Positions 45,016-56,800 of a stretch of 64,000 bases of DNA are shown in pieces. Below the pieces are notes generated by a model. The model worked only from the letters and a program-made list of their open reading frames with translations. It had not been told where the DNA came from and did no database searches. The position numbers and the translations under genes are program-made. Numbering within the stretch: the first letter of the stretch is position 1; each line of letters begins with the position of its first letter. The stretch comes from Gammaproteobacteria bacterium (GTDB lineage: Bacteria; Pseudomonadota; Gammaproteobacteria; CBDBNL01; JAAOII01). The stretch lies in NCBI GenBank assembly GCA_965215225.1, contig OZ244039.1, positions 111,771-175,770 of the forward strand, given 5' to 3'.

Positions 45016-46336
45016 TTATGACAAGGAGAGAAGGAGCAACCAAGCACCTGCTCAAAGAAGAGTCTTATTTCATCAAACGGCAGCTAAGAAGCTATGCTGG
45101 CGCCCTATAATTGCTTCATTATGACAAGGAGAGAAGGAGCATGACAAAGCAAGAAGAAAGAGCATGACAAGGCGAGAGGAAAGAGCATGACCAGGAGAGA
45201 AGGGAGAGAAGCAACAACCAAGCACCTGCTCAAAGAAGAGTCTTATTTCATCAAACGGCAGCTAAGAAGCTATGCTGGCGCCCTATAATTGCTTCATTAT
45301 GACAAGAGGAGGAGCATGACAAGGAGAAGAAAGAGCATGACAAAGCAAGAAGAAAGAGCATGACCAGGAGAGAAGGGAGAGAAGCAACAACCAAATACCT
45401 GCTCAAAGAAGAGTCTTATTTTATCAAACGGCAGCTAAGAAGCTATGCTGGCGCCCTATAATTGCTTCATTATGACAAAGCGAGAAGGAGCATGACAAAG
45501 CAAGAGGAAAGAGCATGACCAGGAGAGGAAAGAGCATGACAAAGCAAGAGGAAGGAGCATGACAAAGCGAGAGAAAGGAGCATGACCAGGCGAGAGGAAA
45601 GAGCATGACAAAGCAAGAGGAAAGAGCATGACCAGGAGAGAAGGGAGAGAAGCAACAACCAAGCACCCGCTCAAAGAAGAGTCTTATTTTATCAAACGGC
45701 AGCTAAGGAGATATGCTGGCGCCCTATAATTGCTTCATTATGACAAGGAGAGAAGCAACAACCAAGCACCCGCTCAAAGAAGAGTCTTATTTTATCAAAC
45801 GGCAGCTAAGAAGCTATGCTGGCGCCTTATAATTGCTTCATTATGACAAGGAGAGAAGGAGCATGACAAAGCGAGAAGAAAGAGCATGACCAGGCGAGAG
45901 GAAAGAGCATGACCAGGAGAGAAGGGAGAGAAGGGAGAGAAGGAACAACCAAATACCTGCTCAAAGAAGAGTCTTATTTTATCAAACGGCAGCTAAGGAG
46001 ATATGCTGGCGCCCTATAATTGCTTCATTATGACAAGGAGAGAAGGAGCAACCAAGCACCTGCTCAAAGAAGAGTCTTATTTTATCAAACGGCAGCTAAG
46101 GAGATATGCTGGCGCCCTATAATTGCTTCATTATGACAAAGCGAGGAGGAGCATGACAAAGCAAGAGGAAAGAGCATGACAAAGCAAGAAGAAAGAGCAT
46201 GACAAAGCAAGAGGAAAGAGCATGACAAAACAAGAGGAAGGAGCATGACAAAGCAAGAGGAAAGAGCATGACAAAGCGAGAGAAAGGAGCATGACAAAGC
46301 AAGAGGAAAGAGCATGACAAAGCAAGAGGAAGGAGC
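45016..46336 (+). repeat. Array of ~7 tandem duplicates of the permease gene 5' end (5'UTR, ATG and first ~30 codons, each ending in a premature TAA), interspersed with a variable number (1-9) of 23-bp repeats (gagcatgacaaagcaagaggaaa).
   Basis: atgacaaggagagaaggagcaaccaagcacctgctcaaagaagagtcttatttcatcaaacggcagctaagaagctatgctggcgccctataa recurs. The real gene at 46337 reads ...gctggcgcctggtcgctc. The 23-bp period keeps all three minus-strand frames open, which produces the artefactual ORFs at 45424-46377. Confidence 0.85.
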
Positions 46337-47797
46337 ATGACCAGGAGAGAAGAAGGAACAACCAAATACCTGCTCAAAGAAGAGTCTTATTTTATCAAAC
46401 GGCAGCTAAGGAGATATGCTGGCGCCTGGTCGCTCTGGTCTTTGGGAGTGGCGGCCGTAATAGCCGGCAACTTTTATGGCTGGAACTTTGGTCTTGCCGC
46501 TGGCGGCTTCGGTGGGATGCTAGTGGCAACCCTAGTGATAGCGATCGCCTATATATGTATGTGCTTCTCCCTAGCCGAGCTCTCGCCAGCTCTGCCGCAT
46601 ACTGGCGGCGGCTATTCATTTGCTCGCACCGCGATGGGACCCTTGGGCGGCTTCATTACGGGGCTTGGCGAGTCAATCAAATACATCCTCACGCCAGCGG
46701 TCATAGTAGTTGGCATAGGAAGCTACCTAGACACCATCTTCTCTCATTCCTTTGGCATAACCCTAGCCCCTCCCATCTGGTGGCTCATCACCTATGGCAT
46801 TTTTGTTGCCATTAATCTTCTCGGCGCCGAGATTAGCTTCAAGTTCACTGTCTTCATTACTTTTCTTGCCCTGCTGGTATTGTTGCTCTTTTGGATAGGC
46901 ACCATCCGATACATTCAGTGGGAAAATGCTTACAATATCGCCCCTCAGCTTGGTGCTTCCCTCTTCTTGCCTTTTGGTTGGAAAGGGATTGCGGCTGCTT
47001 TGCCATTCGCATTCTGGTTCTACCTTGCCATTGAACTATTGCCCTTGGCAGCTGAAGAGACACAAGAGCCCCACATCAACATACCCAAGGGACTGTTATG
47101 GGGCATAGCAACCCTAGTGGTTGTTTCCTTTCTTACCTTAATACTCAGCTCCAGCATTGCACCTGGCGCGGCCGGGCTGAGCAATTCAGCCCAACCTTTG
47201 TTCATCGCTTTCAAGACCATCTTCGGCACTAGTATCAACGCATCATTTCTTTCCTTAATAGTGGTCCTAGGGCTTATCGCAAGTTTTCATACCATCATCT
47301 ATGCCCATAGCCGCAACATCTTTGCTCTCAGTCGGGCTGGTTATTATCCCAAATGGCTATCTCACACCAATCAAAAGAGCAAAAGCCCTTATGCTGCTCT
47401 CATAGCTGGGGCGATCCTCGGTTATCTAATGGCTCTGATGATAGAATTTGACAGCCAGCTCTTTGGCGATCTTCCCGTAGGTGCAACCCTCCTAGGCATG
47501 GCGGTTTTTGGCGCCCTCATATCCTATATCATGCAGATGCTATCCTTTATTCTTTTAAGGCGCAATCAGGCTTATATCACTCGTCCTTTCATCAGCCCGC
47601 TCGGCAGTTTCGGTGCCTTTGTGGCATTGGTAATTTTTTGTGTCGCGCTGATTACTCTGCTAAGCATCTATTTGCAAGGTATCTATGGCTGCCTCATCTG
47701 GTTCGCTATAGGCCTAGCCTATTTCTTCCTTTATGCTCGCCGCCGAATGATACTATCGCCAGAGGAAGAATTTGCTTTGAACAATCGCATCAAATAG
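46337..47797 (+). CDS. APC-superfamily amino-acid/ethanolamine-type permease (12 TM).
   Basis: 486 aa polytopic membrane protein. GGGYSFARTAMGPLGGFITG-type segment and length are typical of APC transporters. Confidence 0.65.
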   Translation: MTRREEGTTKYLLKEESYFIKRQLRRYAGAWSLWSLGVAAVIAGNFYGWNFGLAAGGFGGMLVATLVIAIAYICMCFSLAELSPALPHTGGGYSFARTAMGPLGGFITGLGESIKYILTPAVIVVGIGSYLDTIFSHSFGITLAPPIWWLITYGIFVAINLLGAEISFKFTVFITFLALLVLLLFWIGTIRYIQWENAYNIAPQLGASLFLPFGWKGIAAALPFAFWFYLAIELLPLAAEETQEPHINIPKGLLWGIATLVVVSFLTLILSSSIAPGAAGLSNSAQPLFIAFKTIFGTSINASFLSLIVVLGLIASFHTIIYAHSRNIFALSRAGYYPKWLSHTNQKSKSPYAALIAGAILGYLMALMIEFDSQLFGDLPVGATLLGMAVFGALISYIMQMLSFILLRRNQAYITRPFISPLGSFGAFVALVIFCVALITLLSIYLQGIYGCLIWFAIGLAYFFLYARRRMILSPEEEFALNNRIK

Positions 47798-47801
47798 CAC
47801 C

Positions 47802-50800
47802 TTAGTATCCTCTCTGCAAACCAACTCCGCCAGCTGCGCATCTTAGGGCTGGATATTGATTACTATTGCCAAAATCCCAAACTCGGTTATCATCTACTGC
47901 CTCTTCCCGATCTACCCACCCATTGTTATTAAGATCACACCAAATGGTTACATTCATATCCCAGCCAGCATTGAATCCCATCTCAACAATTTCATCCCAC
48001 TCGTCATAAATAGCTGTATAGTCGGTTGGCTGCTTCAGTTCGCTTGCTGTCTTATGAGTACCAAAAGTGCCCTGTGAGTCATCTTTATAGACCTTGTTCT
48101 CATTATTACTATAATGACCATACCAACCTATCAACCCACCTATATCACTAGACCCGTTCACGGTATTTTCGGCGGCATAGGAATAGGATATTCCCGACGA
48201 GTCCATTCTCCCCACTAGACCACCACCACTAGAATCTACCAATATAGAGTTTGCGCGAGCATAAGAAGAAATCACATCGCTAGCACGGTATTGTCCTATC
48301 AAGCCACCCCCATTAACCGAAGCCGATATATTGGAATTGCCTACATAAGAAGAAAAGGTCACCACACCAGTTCCATGACCTAGGAGTCCACCGACCCTAT
48401 CAACACCAGTCACTCGATTGGCGTAAGAGACAGAAAACATCAACTCAGTGTTTATAGAGCTTCCTATGAGCCCGCCCACCTCCTCTTGTCCATTCACACT
48501 TAGTTCAGAAGCTGCCACTTGATAAAAACTAGAGCCCACATCTTCACCTACTAGGCCGCCTGCTTGGGATCCGCTGGCGTTAACCTTGCTGTTATGAATA
48601 CTAATCTCAATAAGCTCCGCTTTCCGAGTCAGTCCCATTAAGCCACCGACTCCTTGCTGCCCATTGACTATCACCCTATCTAAGTGGATATTTGTCATTC
48701 GCGCGCCCTCCCCAGCAAAAGACGCCAGCACGCCAACCTTTTGCGCTCCAGTCACATAGGCTTGATCTATATAAAGATTGCGAATCTCACTATCAGAACC
48801 CAGGCTAGTGAATAAACCCGAGTTATCTTGACCAGGCCGAGCTATAGTGAGATTGTAGATAGTATGGTTATTGCCTTCAAAAACAACATCAAACTCATCA
48901 GTTGGACTTCCTAAGGGTTGCCAGTCGGCTGCGCCACTCATATCTATATCCTGTGTCAGCTCATAACCCACACATTGCCGCTCTGGGCAGCTATTAATAT
49001 CCATCATGTCATCTAGATGCAAACCGCCATGACGAATTCCATCCATATCAGCCCTGCTGGCAATTTCCATTAAACCATTATTATCATAATCCTTGTCGCA
49101 AGCATCACCGCTGCCGTCTTCGTCATAATCTAGCTGGGCAAAATTAGCCTTAATAGGACAATTATCCTCATGGTCATAGAACCTATCGCTATCGCAATCC
49201 TTAACCAAGCGGCAGGCCTCAGCCGCCTCATCGACATCCAAAACCCCATCATTGTCATCGTCCGTATCACAAGCATCGCCAGCCAAGTCTAGGTCTGAGT
49301 TCAGTTGGTCTGGATTTGCATCAACCTGACAATTATCACTATTGTCCCCTATGCCATCCCCATCTGTATCCTGTGATTCTTGGTTGTTCAAAGGAAAAGC
49401 ATCTACATCATCCCGCGCCGAATCCCCATCGCAATCTGCTACCAAACGACAGCTTGCCAGTGCCTCATCCTCATCCAAAACACCGTCATTGTCGTCATCA
49501 GAGTCACAAACATTGCCATCCCCATCATTGTCGGTATCCAACTGAACGGGATTGGCAACCGAAGGACAGTTATCACCATTATCGCCACGGCTATCATTAT
49601 CACTGTCTTGCCATTCAGCCCTATCAAGCGGAAAAACATCCACATCATCCCGCGCCGAATCCCCATCGCAATCGGCTACCAGGCGACAGCTTGCCATGGG
49701 TTCGTTCTCATCCGCCACCCCATCATTGTCGTCATCCGAGTCGCAACGATTGCCAGTCCCATCTCCATCCGTATCCAACTGAACGGGATTGGCAACCGAA
49801 GGACAGTTATCGCCATTATCACCATATCCATCCGCATCACCGTCTTGCCATTCAGTCCTATCAAGCGGGAAAAGATCCATATCATCCCTCACCAGATCGC
49901 CATCGCAGTCGGCGAGCAAACGGCAAGCTCTTATAGCCTCATCTTCATCCGCAACTCCATCATTGTCGTCATCCGAGTCGCAAAGATTGCCAGTCCCATC
50001 ATTGTCTGTATCCAACTGAACGGGATTGGCAACCAAAGGACAGTTATCACCATTATCACCATGACCATCCTCATCACTGTCTTGCCATTCAGTCCTATCA
50101 AGCGGGAAAGCATCAAGATCATCCCGCGCCAGATCCCCATCGCAATCGGCGAGCAAACGGCAGCCAGCCGCCTCAGCGGTATCTAAGACACCATCATTGT
50201 CGTCATCCGAGTCGCAGACATTGCCAGCATTGTCCGTGTCTGTATCCAACTGATTCGGATTGGCAACCAAAGGACAATTATCACCATTGTCGCCATAGCC
50301 ATCCCCATCGCTGTCTTGCCACTCAGCAGAATTCAATGGGAAAAGATCAACATCATCTCGCACCAGATCACCATCGCAGTCCTGTTCTATTTGGCAAGAC
50401 TCGGCCGCCTCATTAATATCCAGCACCCTATCATTATCATCATCCTCATCACAAGCATCCCCAGTCCTATCGCCATCTGTATCCAACTGGTCGTCATTTG
50501 CAGCCACAGGACAATTATCCTCAGGGTCAAGACGACCATCGTGATCGCAATCTGCCAGCAAGCGACATATTGATGCCACTTCATTCAGATCCAAAATGCC
50601 ATCATTGTCGTCATCAGCATCGCAAGCATCCCCAAGCTGATCGCCATCTGTATCCAGCTGATCGCCATTGGCATTCGCCGGACAATTATCCTCATAGTCA
50701 GAATGACCGTCATTATCACAATCTGAATTCAGAACACACTCGGCCCTCTCCTCAACATCTGCTAAGCGGTCATTGTCATCGTCCTCATCCAGGCTATCAG

Positions 50801-53720
50801 GCAAATAGTCATTATCATGATTTGAGCCGACGTGCACCTCCCCTGCACCTAATAGCTGGCGGCTGCCATCAGCATAAACAACGGTCAGTTCCACCAGATA
50901 GCTCACCCCATTAGCCATACTAAACAACACCTCCTGGCGCAGCTCCCCTCTTGCCAAGACATCCCTCACTTCCAACAGACGCATATCCGTGCTAGTATCC
51001 TCTTGTTCTCTATAACGGATCTCGACATAATCAATCGGCGGTGCAGGATACCAAGCTGGATTACGCCACTGAACCAAAATGGCATTCGCTTGAGGTATCA
51101 GCACAAAAGAATCGTCTAAGGGTGGGGCGCAGCGCAAATGCGGATAGCTAAGGCTGGTGCCAAAATCCCACAAGCGATTTTCATCCCTTCTCTCCTCAGC
51201 ATCAATTTGAAAATCTAAATTCCTATCACACCAAATAGTTAAATTATGAAAGCCGCCCTCTTCAATGGCTAGGCCCTCATCCCAATTAGCATAGATACCA
51301 TCATAGGACATTGGCTGTTGTAATTCCCCTTGGGTCTTGACAAAATCGTCCTCCCCATCACCTACTAGATAGGAATGCGCGACCGCCACACCAAGGCCGC
51401 CATCGCCTACCAAATTGGTCGTTGAAATGCCAACCGCATAAGAAGAAGTAATCCGTCCGCCCACTGCCTGGCCGACCAACCCGCCAATCGTCTCAGCCCC
51501 ATCAACCAGACCACCAGTCGCATAGGAAGATACTAGCTTAAGATTAGTACCACGACCTAGCAGACCACCACCAATCAAATTCAGGCTCATAGTTCTTGTC
51601 TGTGCCGATGACGACAACACAGTGATGTCCTCTCCATCACCAACCAGCCCCCCTAGGTAGCTATGACCGCGTAGGATGCCATTATGTCCCGCCGAGTAGA
51701 GTATGCGCGCCAAATGAGCCCTGCCTATCAAACCACCTACCTCATCTACCCTCCCTTCAATCAGTTGGCTGCGTGCTTCAGTAAATAGAAGTTGTACCGA
51801 ATTTGCACTGCCCACTAAGCCACCCAACCGGCTGTCGCCACTGATATTTCTTGTTTCAGCAACGGCAAAACGAATCCTCGCATGGCTGCCATCGCCGACC
51901 AAGCCACCGACCGAATGGATGCCAGCCAGATTACCAACCCGCGCCCGGCTGTTTTCAATTTGACTGGCATAGCCATCACCTGTCAAGCCGCCAACATAGC
52001 CACCAGCTGCGCTCACCAAATCCACTTCAATGAGAACAGCTTTAATATGCGCTGAGGCTGCTGAGCCTATTAATCCACCAGCCCTCTGCCTTGCCCGAAC
52101 CTCATTCAGTTGCACATAGGCGCCCTCAACCACTGTCCCCTCGCCAGAACCAATTAAACCACCTCCGCCTTCGCCATTGGCAAGGATGCTAGAACCTTGA
52201 AGGGCAAGATTGCTAAGACGAGCCCCTCCAGCTGAGCCAGCCAAGCCGCCGACATTATCCTTGCCAGTCACCTCCACTCCTTTAAAGCGAAGGTTGCGCA
52301 CCTGAGCCAGATCGCCCAGTTCAGCAAAAAAGCCCACCGCATCTTCTTGGGGGCGAGAGATAACAAGATTGGCAATGGTTCGATTGTTCCCTTCAAAGAC
52401 TTTGTCAAAGGGAGCCCTGCCATGCCCCAGCGGATGCCAGCCAGAAGCATTCTCATAGTCCAGCACCAGATCAGCAACCAGTTCATAACCAGAGCATAGA
52501 CCAGCCGCACAACCAGACTGGCGCAAAGCCTCATCTTGCCAGTAATCACCAACTTTCTTCAGCTCTGCCACTTTGCGAATCTCAATTAAGCCATCCCCAT
52601 CTCGATCCTCATCACATAGATTGCCAACCCCATCGCCATCATCATCTGCTTGAGCCCTATTGAAGACCATCCGACAGTTATCCAGGTTATCAAACACACC
52701 GTCCTTATCACAATCCTTAAGCAAAGCACAACCAGGGAATTCATCAACATCGAGAACCCCATCGCCATCGCAGTCCATTGTGGCAGTGCATCTCACCGCT
52801 TCTTCCATGCCATCGGGGATAGTATCATTATCACAATCAATGGTAGAGACACAATCCAGCTCATCCGAATCCGCTATGTTATCATTGTCATCGTCCTCAT
52901 CACACATATCGCCTATCCTATCCCCATCCGCATCTGCTTGATTCGGATTGGGATCTAAAACACAATTATCTTGCTTGTCCATCACCTGATCATTATCACA
53001 ATCGGTTAATAGCTCACAACCAGGCATCTCATCGACATCCATCACCCGGTCATTGTCATCGTCCGCATCACAGGAATTACCCAAAGGGTCCTCATCACTA
53101 TTTTCTTGGTTTGGGTTATAGTCTAAAACACAGTTGTCATCCTCATCCATTATCAGATCATTGTCATCATCGGGATCAACTGCATCAATCATATGATCCT
53201 TATCAGCATTTGGCCCGGTGCGCGCCTGTCCTGTCCCTATTGCCATAACAATATCATTGGCAAAAGCCACCTCTACAAGAAAATCATAGGCAGCATCCTC
53301 AGCCAGCCCTACTACTATATAGGTAGCATTTGCATTTGGCTCTGATGAACCGCTATTGAGATTCTGCGGCTCCACCACCAGCACATTCTCGCCACTGCTA
53401 TCAAAGTCACTCAAACTAGCCTCTTTTGCTTGCCGAGCAGATTGGTCTTCCTCCGCTGTCTCTATCCTTTGATATTTGACAAGATAATGCTCGGTCTCAG
53501 CTGACATAGCAAGATTTTTCCACTTAAGAGTGACACTCCTTTCATCAGGTATCATAACCAAGGCACTCGCCTCGGCTGAACCACCCGAGCCGCCATAACT
53601 GCTAGAACCACCAGAGCTGCCAGACCCACCAGAACCAGAATTGGTACAAGCCATAACAAGATTACCAACTAGGATTGCTCCTATCCAAAAACACCTCTTA
53701 TATAGATATTGATTTTTCAT
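47802..53720 (-). CDS. Giant surface lipoprotein (1972 aa), two-module architecture: lipobox LVMACT, FN3-like domain, TSP3 repeats, GLUG repeats, WDFG/YPHLRC domain, then a second FN3-like, long TSP3 tract, GLUG repeats and WDFG/YPALRC.
   Basis: ORF track. Motifs as for 13205-15613. Numerous D.D.DG.GD.CD.DDDNDG units. Confidence 0.7.
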   Translation of the reverse strand: MKNQYLYKRCFWIGAILVGNLVMACTNSGSGGSGSSGGSSSYGGSGGSAEASALVMIPDERSVTLKWKNLAMSAETEHYLVKYQRIETAEEDQSARQAKEASLSDFDSSGENVLVVEPQNLNSGSSEPNANATYIVVGLAEDAAYDFLVEVAFANDIVMAIGTGQARTGPNADKDHMIDAVDPDDDNDLIMDEDDNCVLDYNPNQENSDEDPLGNSCDADDDNDRVMDVDEMPGCELLTDCDNDQVMDKQDNCVLDPNPNQADADGDRIGDMCDEDDDNDNIADSDELDCVSTIDCDNDTIPDGMEEAVRCTATMDCDGDGVLDVDEFPGCALLKDCDKDGVFDNLDNCRMVFNRAQADDDGDGVGNLCDEDRDGDGLIEIRKVAELKKVGDYWQDEALRQSGCAAGLCSGYELVADLVLDYENASGWHPLGHGRAPFDKVFEGNNRTIANLVISRPQEDAVGFFAELGDLAQVRNLRFKGVEVTGKDNVGGLAGSAGGARLSNLALQGSSILANGEGGGGLIGSGEGTVVEGAYVQLNEVRARQRAGGLIGSAASAHIKAVLIEVDLVSAAGGYVGGLTGDGYASQIENSRARVGNLAGIHSVGGLVGDGSHARIRFAVAETRNISGDSRLGGLVGSANSVQLLFTEARSQLIEGRVDEVGGLIGRAHLARILYSAGHNGILRGHSYLGGLVGDGEDITVLSSSAQTRTMSLNLIGGGLLGRGTNLKLVSSYATGGLVDGAETIGGLVGQAVGGRITSSYAVGISTTNLVGDGGLGVAVAHSYLVGDGEDDFVKTQGELQQPMSYDGIYANWDEGLAIEEGGFHNLTIWCDRNLDFQIDAEERRDENRLWDFGTSLSYPHLRCAPPLDDSFVLIPQANAILVQWRNPAWYPAPPIDYVEIRYREQEDTSTDMRLLEVRDVLARGELRQEVLFSMANGVSYLVELTVVYADGSRQLLGAGEVHVGSNHDNDYLPDSLDEDDDNDRLADVEERAECVLNSDCDNDGHSDYEDNCPANANGDQLDTDGDQLGDACDADDDNDGILDLNEVASICRLLADCDHDGRLDPEDNCPVAANDDQLDTDGDRTGDACDEDDDNDRVLDINEAAESCQIEQDCDGDLVRDDVDLFPLNSAEWQDSDGDGYGDNGDNCPLVANPNQLDTDTDNAGNVCDSDDDNDGVLDTAEAAGCRLLADCDGDLARDDLDAFPLDRTEWQDSDEDGHGDNGDNCPLVANPVQLDTDNDGTGNLCDSDDDNDGVADEDEAIRACRLLADCDGDLVRDDMDLFPLDRTEWQDGDADGYGDNGDNCPSVANPVQLDTDGDGTGNRCDSDDDNDGVADENEPMASCRLVADCDGDSARDDVDVFPLDRAEWQDSDNDSRGDNGDNCPSVANPVQLDTDNDGDGNVCDSDDDNDGVLDEDEALASCRLVADCDGDSARDDVDAFPLNNQESQDTDGDGIGDNSDNCQVDANPDQLNSDLDLAGDACDTDDDNDGVLDVDEAAEACRLVKDCDSDRFYDHEDNCPIKANFAQLDYDEDGSGDACDKDYDNNGLMEIASRADMDGIRHGGLHLDDMMDINSCPERQCVGYELTQDIDMSGAADWQPLGSPTDEFDVVFEGNNHTIYNLTIARPGQDNSGLFTSLGSDSEIRNLYIDQAYVTGAQKVGVLASFAGEGARMTNIHLDRVIVNGQQGVGGLMGLTRKAELIEISIHNSKVNASGSQAGGLVGEDVGSSFYQVAASELSVNGQEEVGGLIGSSINTELMFSVSYANRVTGVDRVGGLLGHGTGVVTFSSYVGNSNISASVNGGGLIGQYRASDVISSYARANSILVDSSGGGLVGRMDSSGISYSYAAENTVNGSSDIGGLIGWYGHYSNNENKVYKDDSQGTFGTHKTASELKQPTDYTAIYDEWDEIVEMGFNAGWDMNVTIWCDLNNNGWVDREEAVDDNRVWDFGNSNQYPALRCAAGGVGLQRGY

Positions 53721-53801
53721 AACCCCAATAATGAATATAGTTTATTAATAACCAGTCCCTCTCAGCCACCCTTTGTCATAGGATGCAAAAGCTCATTCTC
53801 A

Positions 53802-56800
53802 TCACCTCTGTCCCTCAATCCCCAGCGGCACACAAGGCAAAGCGGGATACTCGCCTGAACTGCCAAAATCCCATAGCACATTATCAACTACAGCCTCATC
53901 GTTGTTAATAAGGAGATCTCGATTAAGGTCACAACGAAAGCTAAAACTCATATCAAAGTTACCACCAGTGAGATTATTCCTTGTTAGCCAGTCTGCATAA
54001 ATCCCACTAGCATCTGTCGGCTGTTGTAAATCCTCCGTCGTCTGATAGGTCGCCTCCTCGGCAAGGTAGATGTTCTGATAAACACCATTAGATCCATCCC
54101 CCGTATCAACCCCAGCAATCCCACCAGTAGAAGAATTCCCTTCAACCTCTATATCCGCAGCATAGCTATAATAAATCGCAGTGCCTAGCATACTACCACC
54201 CAGTCCGCCACTGCCAGTAGCAGCATAGCTATGACCATCTCTCGCATAGGAAGAGGCTATCCGAACGGCAAAGCTTGAACCTACCAAGCCACCCGCATGT
54301 TCAACCTCCGCCCGAACCCGGCAATCCTCAACATAACTGGATATAACAGCATTGCCAAACATATTGCCAACCAAACCACCCGCACTAGAAGACAACGCCG
54401 TCACATTATTTGCCACCGAAGAAGACGAAAAAATATAGCCCCTATATGCATCACCAACCAAACCGCCTACATCTTCCTCTCCGGTCACCCTGAGATTAGT
54501 CGCCAAGGTCCAATGAAAGGTCGCAAGCTCCCTGCCACTGCCTGCCAAACCACCAACAGAACTACCATTACTATGAATAACACTATTATGAACCTCAGCA
54601 CTTATCACTTCGGCATCCACAACTTCCCCTACGAGCCCTCCTACCTTATCTTCCCCCTCTATACTCACCCCATCAAGATAGACATTCCGAATAGCCCCAC
54701 CAGCTTCAACCAACCCAGCTATGCTACCAACAAAATCCCTGCCAGTCACAGAAATGTTGACACCATAAAGATTGCGAACCTCACCAGACAGAGAACCAAA
54801 CAAACCCACATAGTCCTCTTCTGCTTCCGCAAAGACGAGATTGTGAATCGTGAAGTCGTTCCCTTCAAAGACAAATGGAAAAGGCTGCTCGCCGTCCCCC
54901 AAAGGCTGCCAGAAATCTACTCCCGCCATATCTATATCCGCAACCAACTCATAGCCTTCACAACCCGCCTCCCCGTCTAACCAGCAGCCAGTCAGATCGA
55001 GAACCGAACTCAGGTCATCATCGCCTATGGCAACTAGATCTGTCCCATCTCTTATCTCGACTAAGCCATTGCCATCACTATCCCTATCGCAAGGATCACC
55101 AGTGGAATCGCCATCGCTATCTAACTGTTCTTCATTGGCAATGGCTGGACAATTATCACCACTGTCCCCTATGCCATCACTATCGCAATCGGCGAGCAAA
55201 CCACAGCCAGGCAGCTCATCGCCATCCAACACATTATCATTATCGCAATCGACTAAGAGAATACAATCAGCCGGCTCATCACCATCCAACACACTATCGC
55301 CATCGCAATCGGCTATGAGCCCGCAGCCGCTTAACTCATCACCATCCAACAGACCATCGTCATCGCAATCGGCTAGAAGCTCGCAGTCGGTTAACTCATC
55401 ACCATTTAGCACATTGTCACCGTCTATGTCCTCATCGCAGCTATCACCAACAGTATCACCATCAGTATCCAACTGATCTGCATTGGCAAGGGCCGGACAA
55501 TTATCGCCATTGTCCCCTATGCCATCCCCATCATCATCCGACCACTCACTAGCATTCAAGACAAATGCATCCACATCATCCCTCACCAAATCGCCATCGC
55601 AATCGGCTAGGAGATCACAGCCAACCAGCTCATCAGCATTGGACACATTGTCACCGTCCCTGTCCTCATCGCACAGGTCACCAACAGTATCACCATCAGT
55701 ATCCAACTGATTGGGATTGGCAAGGACCGGACAATTATCGCCATTGTCCCCTATGCCATCCCCATCACCATCCGACCACTCACTAGCATCCAAGTCAAAC
55801 AGATCCACATCATCCCTCACCGAATCGCCATCGCAATCGGCTAGGAGATCACAGCCAACCAGCTCATCAGCATTGGACACATTGTCACCGTCCCTGTCCT
55901 CATCGCATCTATCACCAACTGTATCACCATCGGTATCCAACTGATTAGCATTAGCAACCGTCGGACAATTATCACCATTGTCCCCTATGCCATCACTATC
56001 ACCATCCGACCACTCACTAGCATCCGAAGGAAAAGCATCCAGATCATCCCTCACCAAATCGCCATCGCAATCGGCTAGGAGATCACAGCCAGTCAGCTCA
56101 TCCCCATTTAGCACATTGTCACCGTCTCTATCCTCATCGCAGCTATCACCAACTGTATCACCATCAGTATCCAACTGCTCAGCATTGGCAAGGGCCGGAC
56201 AATTATCACCATTGTCCCCTATGCCATCCCCATCACTATCCGCCCACTCAGTAGCATTCAAGACAAATGCATCCAGATCATCCCTCACCAAATCGCCATC
56301 GCAATCGGCTAGGAGATCACAGCCAACCAGCTCATCAGCATTCGACACATTGTCACCGTCTCTATCCTCATCGCAGCTATCACCAACTGTATCACCATCA
56401 GTATCTAACTGCTCAGCATTGGCAACCGTCGGACAATTATCACCATTGTCCCCTATGCCATCCCCATCATTATCCGACCACTCACTAGCATCCAAGTCAA
56501 ATGCATCCACATCATCCCTCACCAAATCGCCATCGCAATCGGCCAGGAGATCACAGCCAGTCAGCTCATCGCCATTTAGCACATTGTCACCGTCTCTGTC
56601 CTCATCGCACAGGTCACCAACAGTATCGCCATCAGTATCCAACTGATCAGCATTGGCAAGGGCAGGACAATTATCGCCATTGTCCCCTATGCCATCCCCA
56701 TCACCATCCGACCACTCACTAGCATCCGAAGGAAAAGCATCTAGATCATCTCGCACCAAATCGCCATCGCAATCGACTAAGAGATCACAGCCAGTCAGCT

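Noticed and set aside
45424-46377. Three overlapping minus-strand ORFs (76-86 aa, Leu/Cys/Ser-rich) in all three frames.
   Set aside because: They are a by-product of the 23-bp tandem repeat, which keeps every frame open. The amino-acid periodicity matches the repeat.
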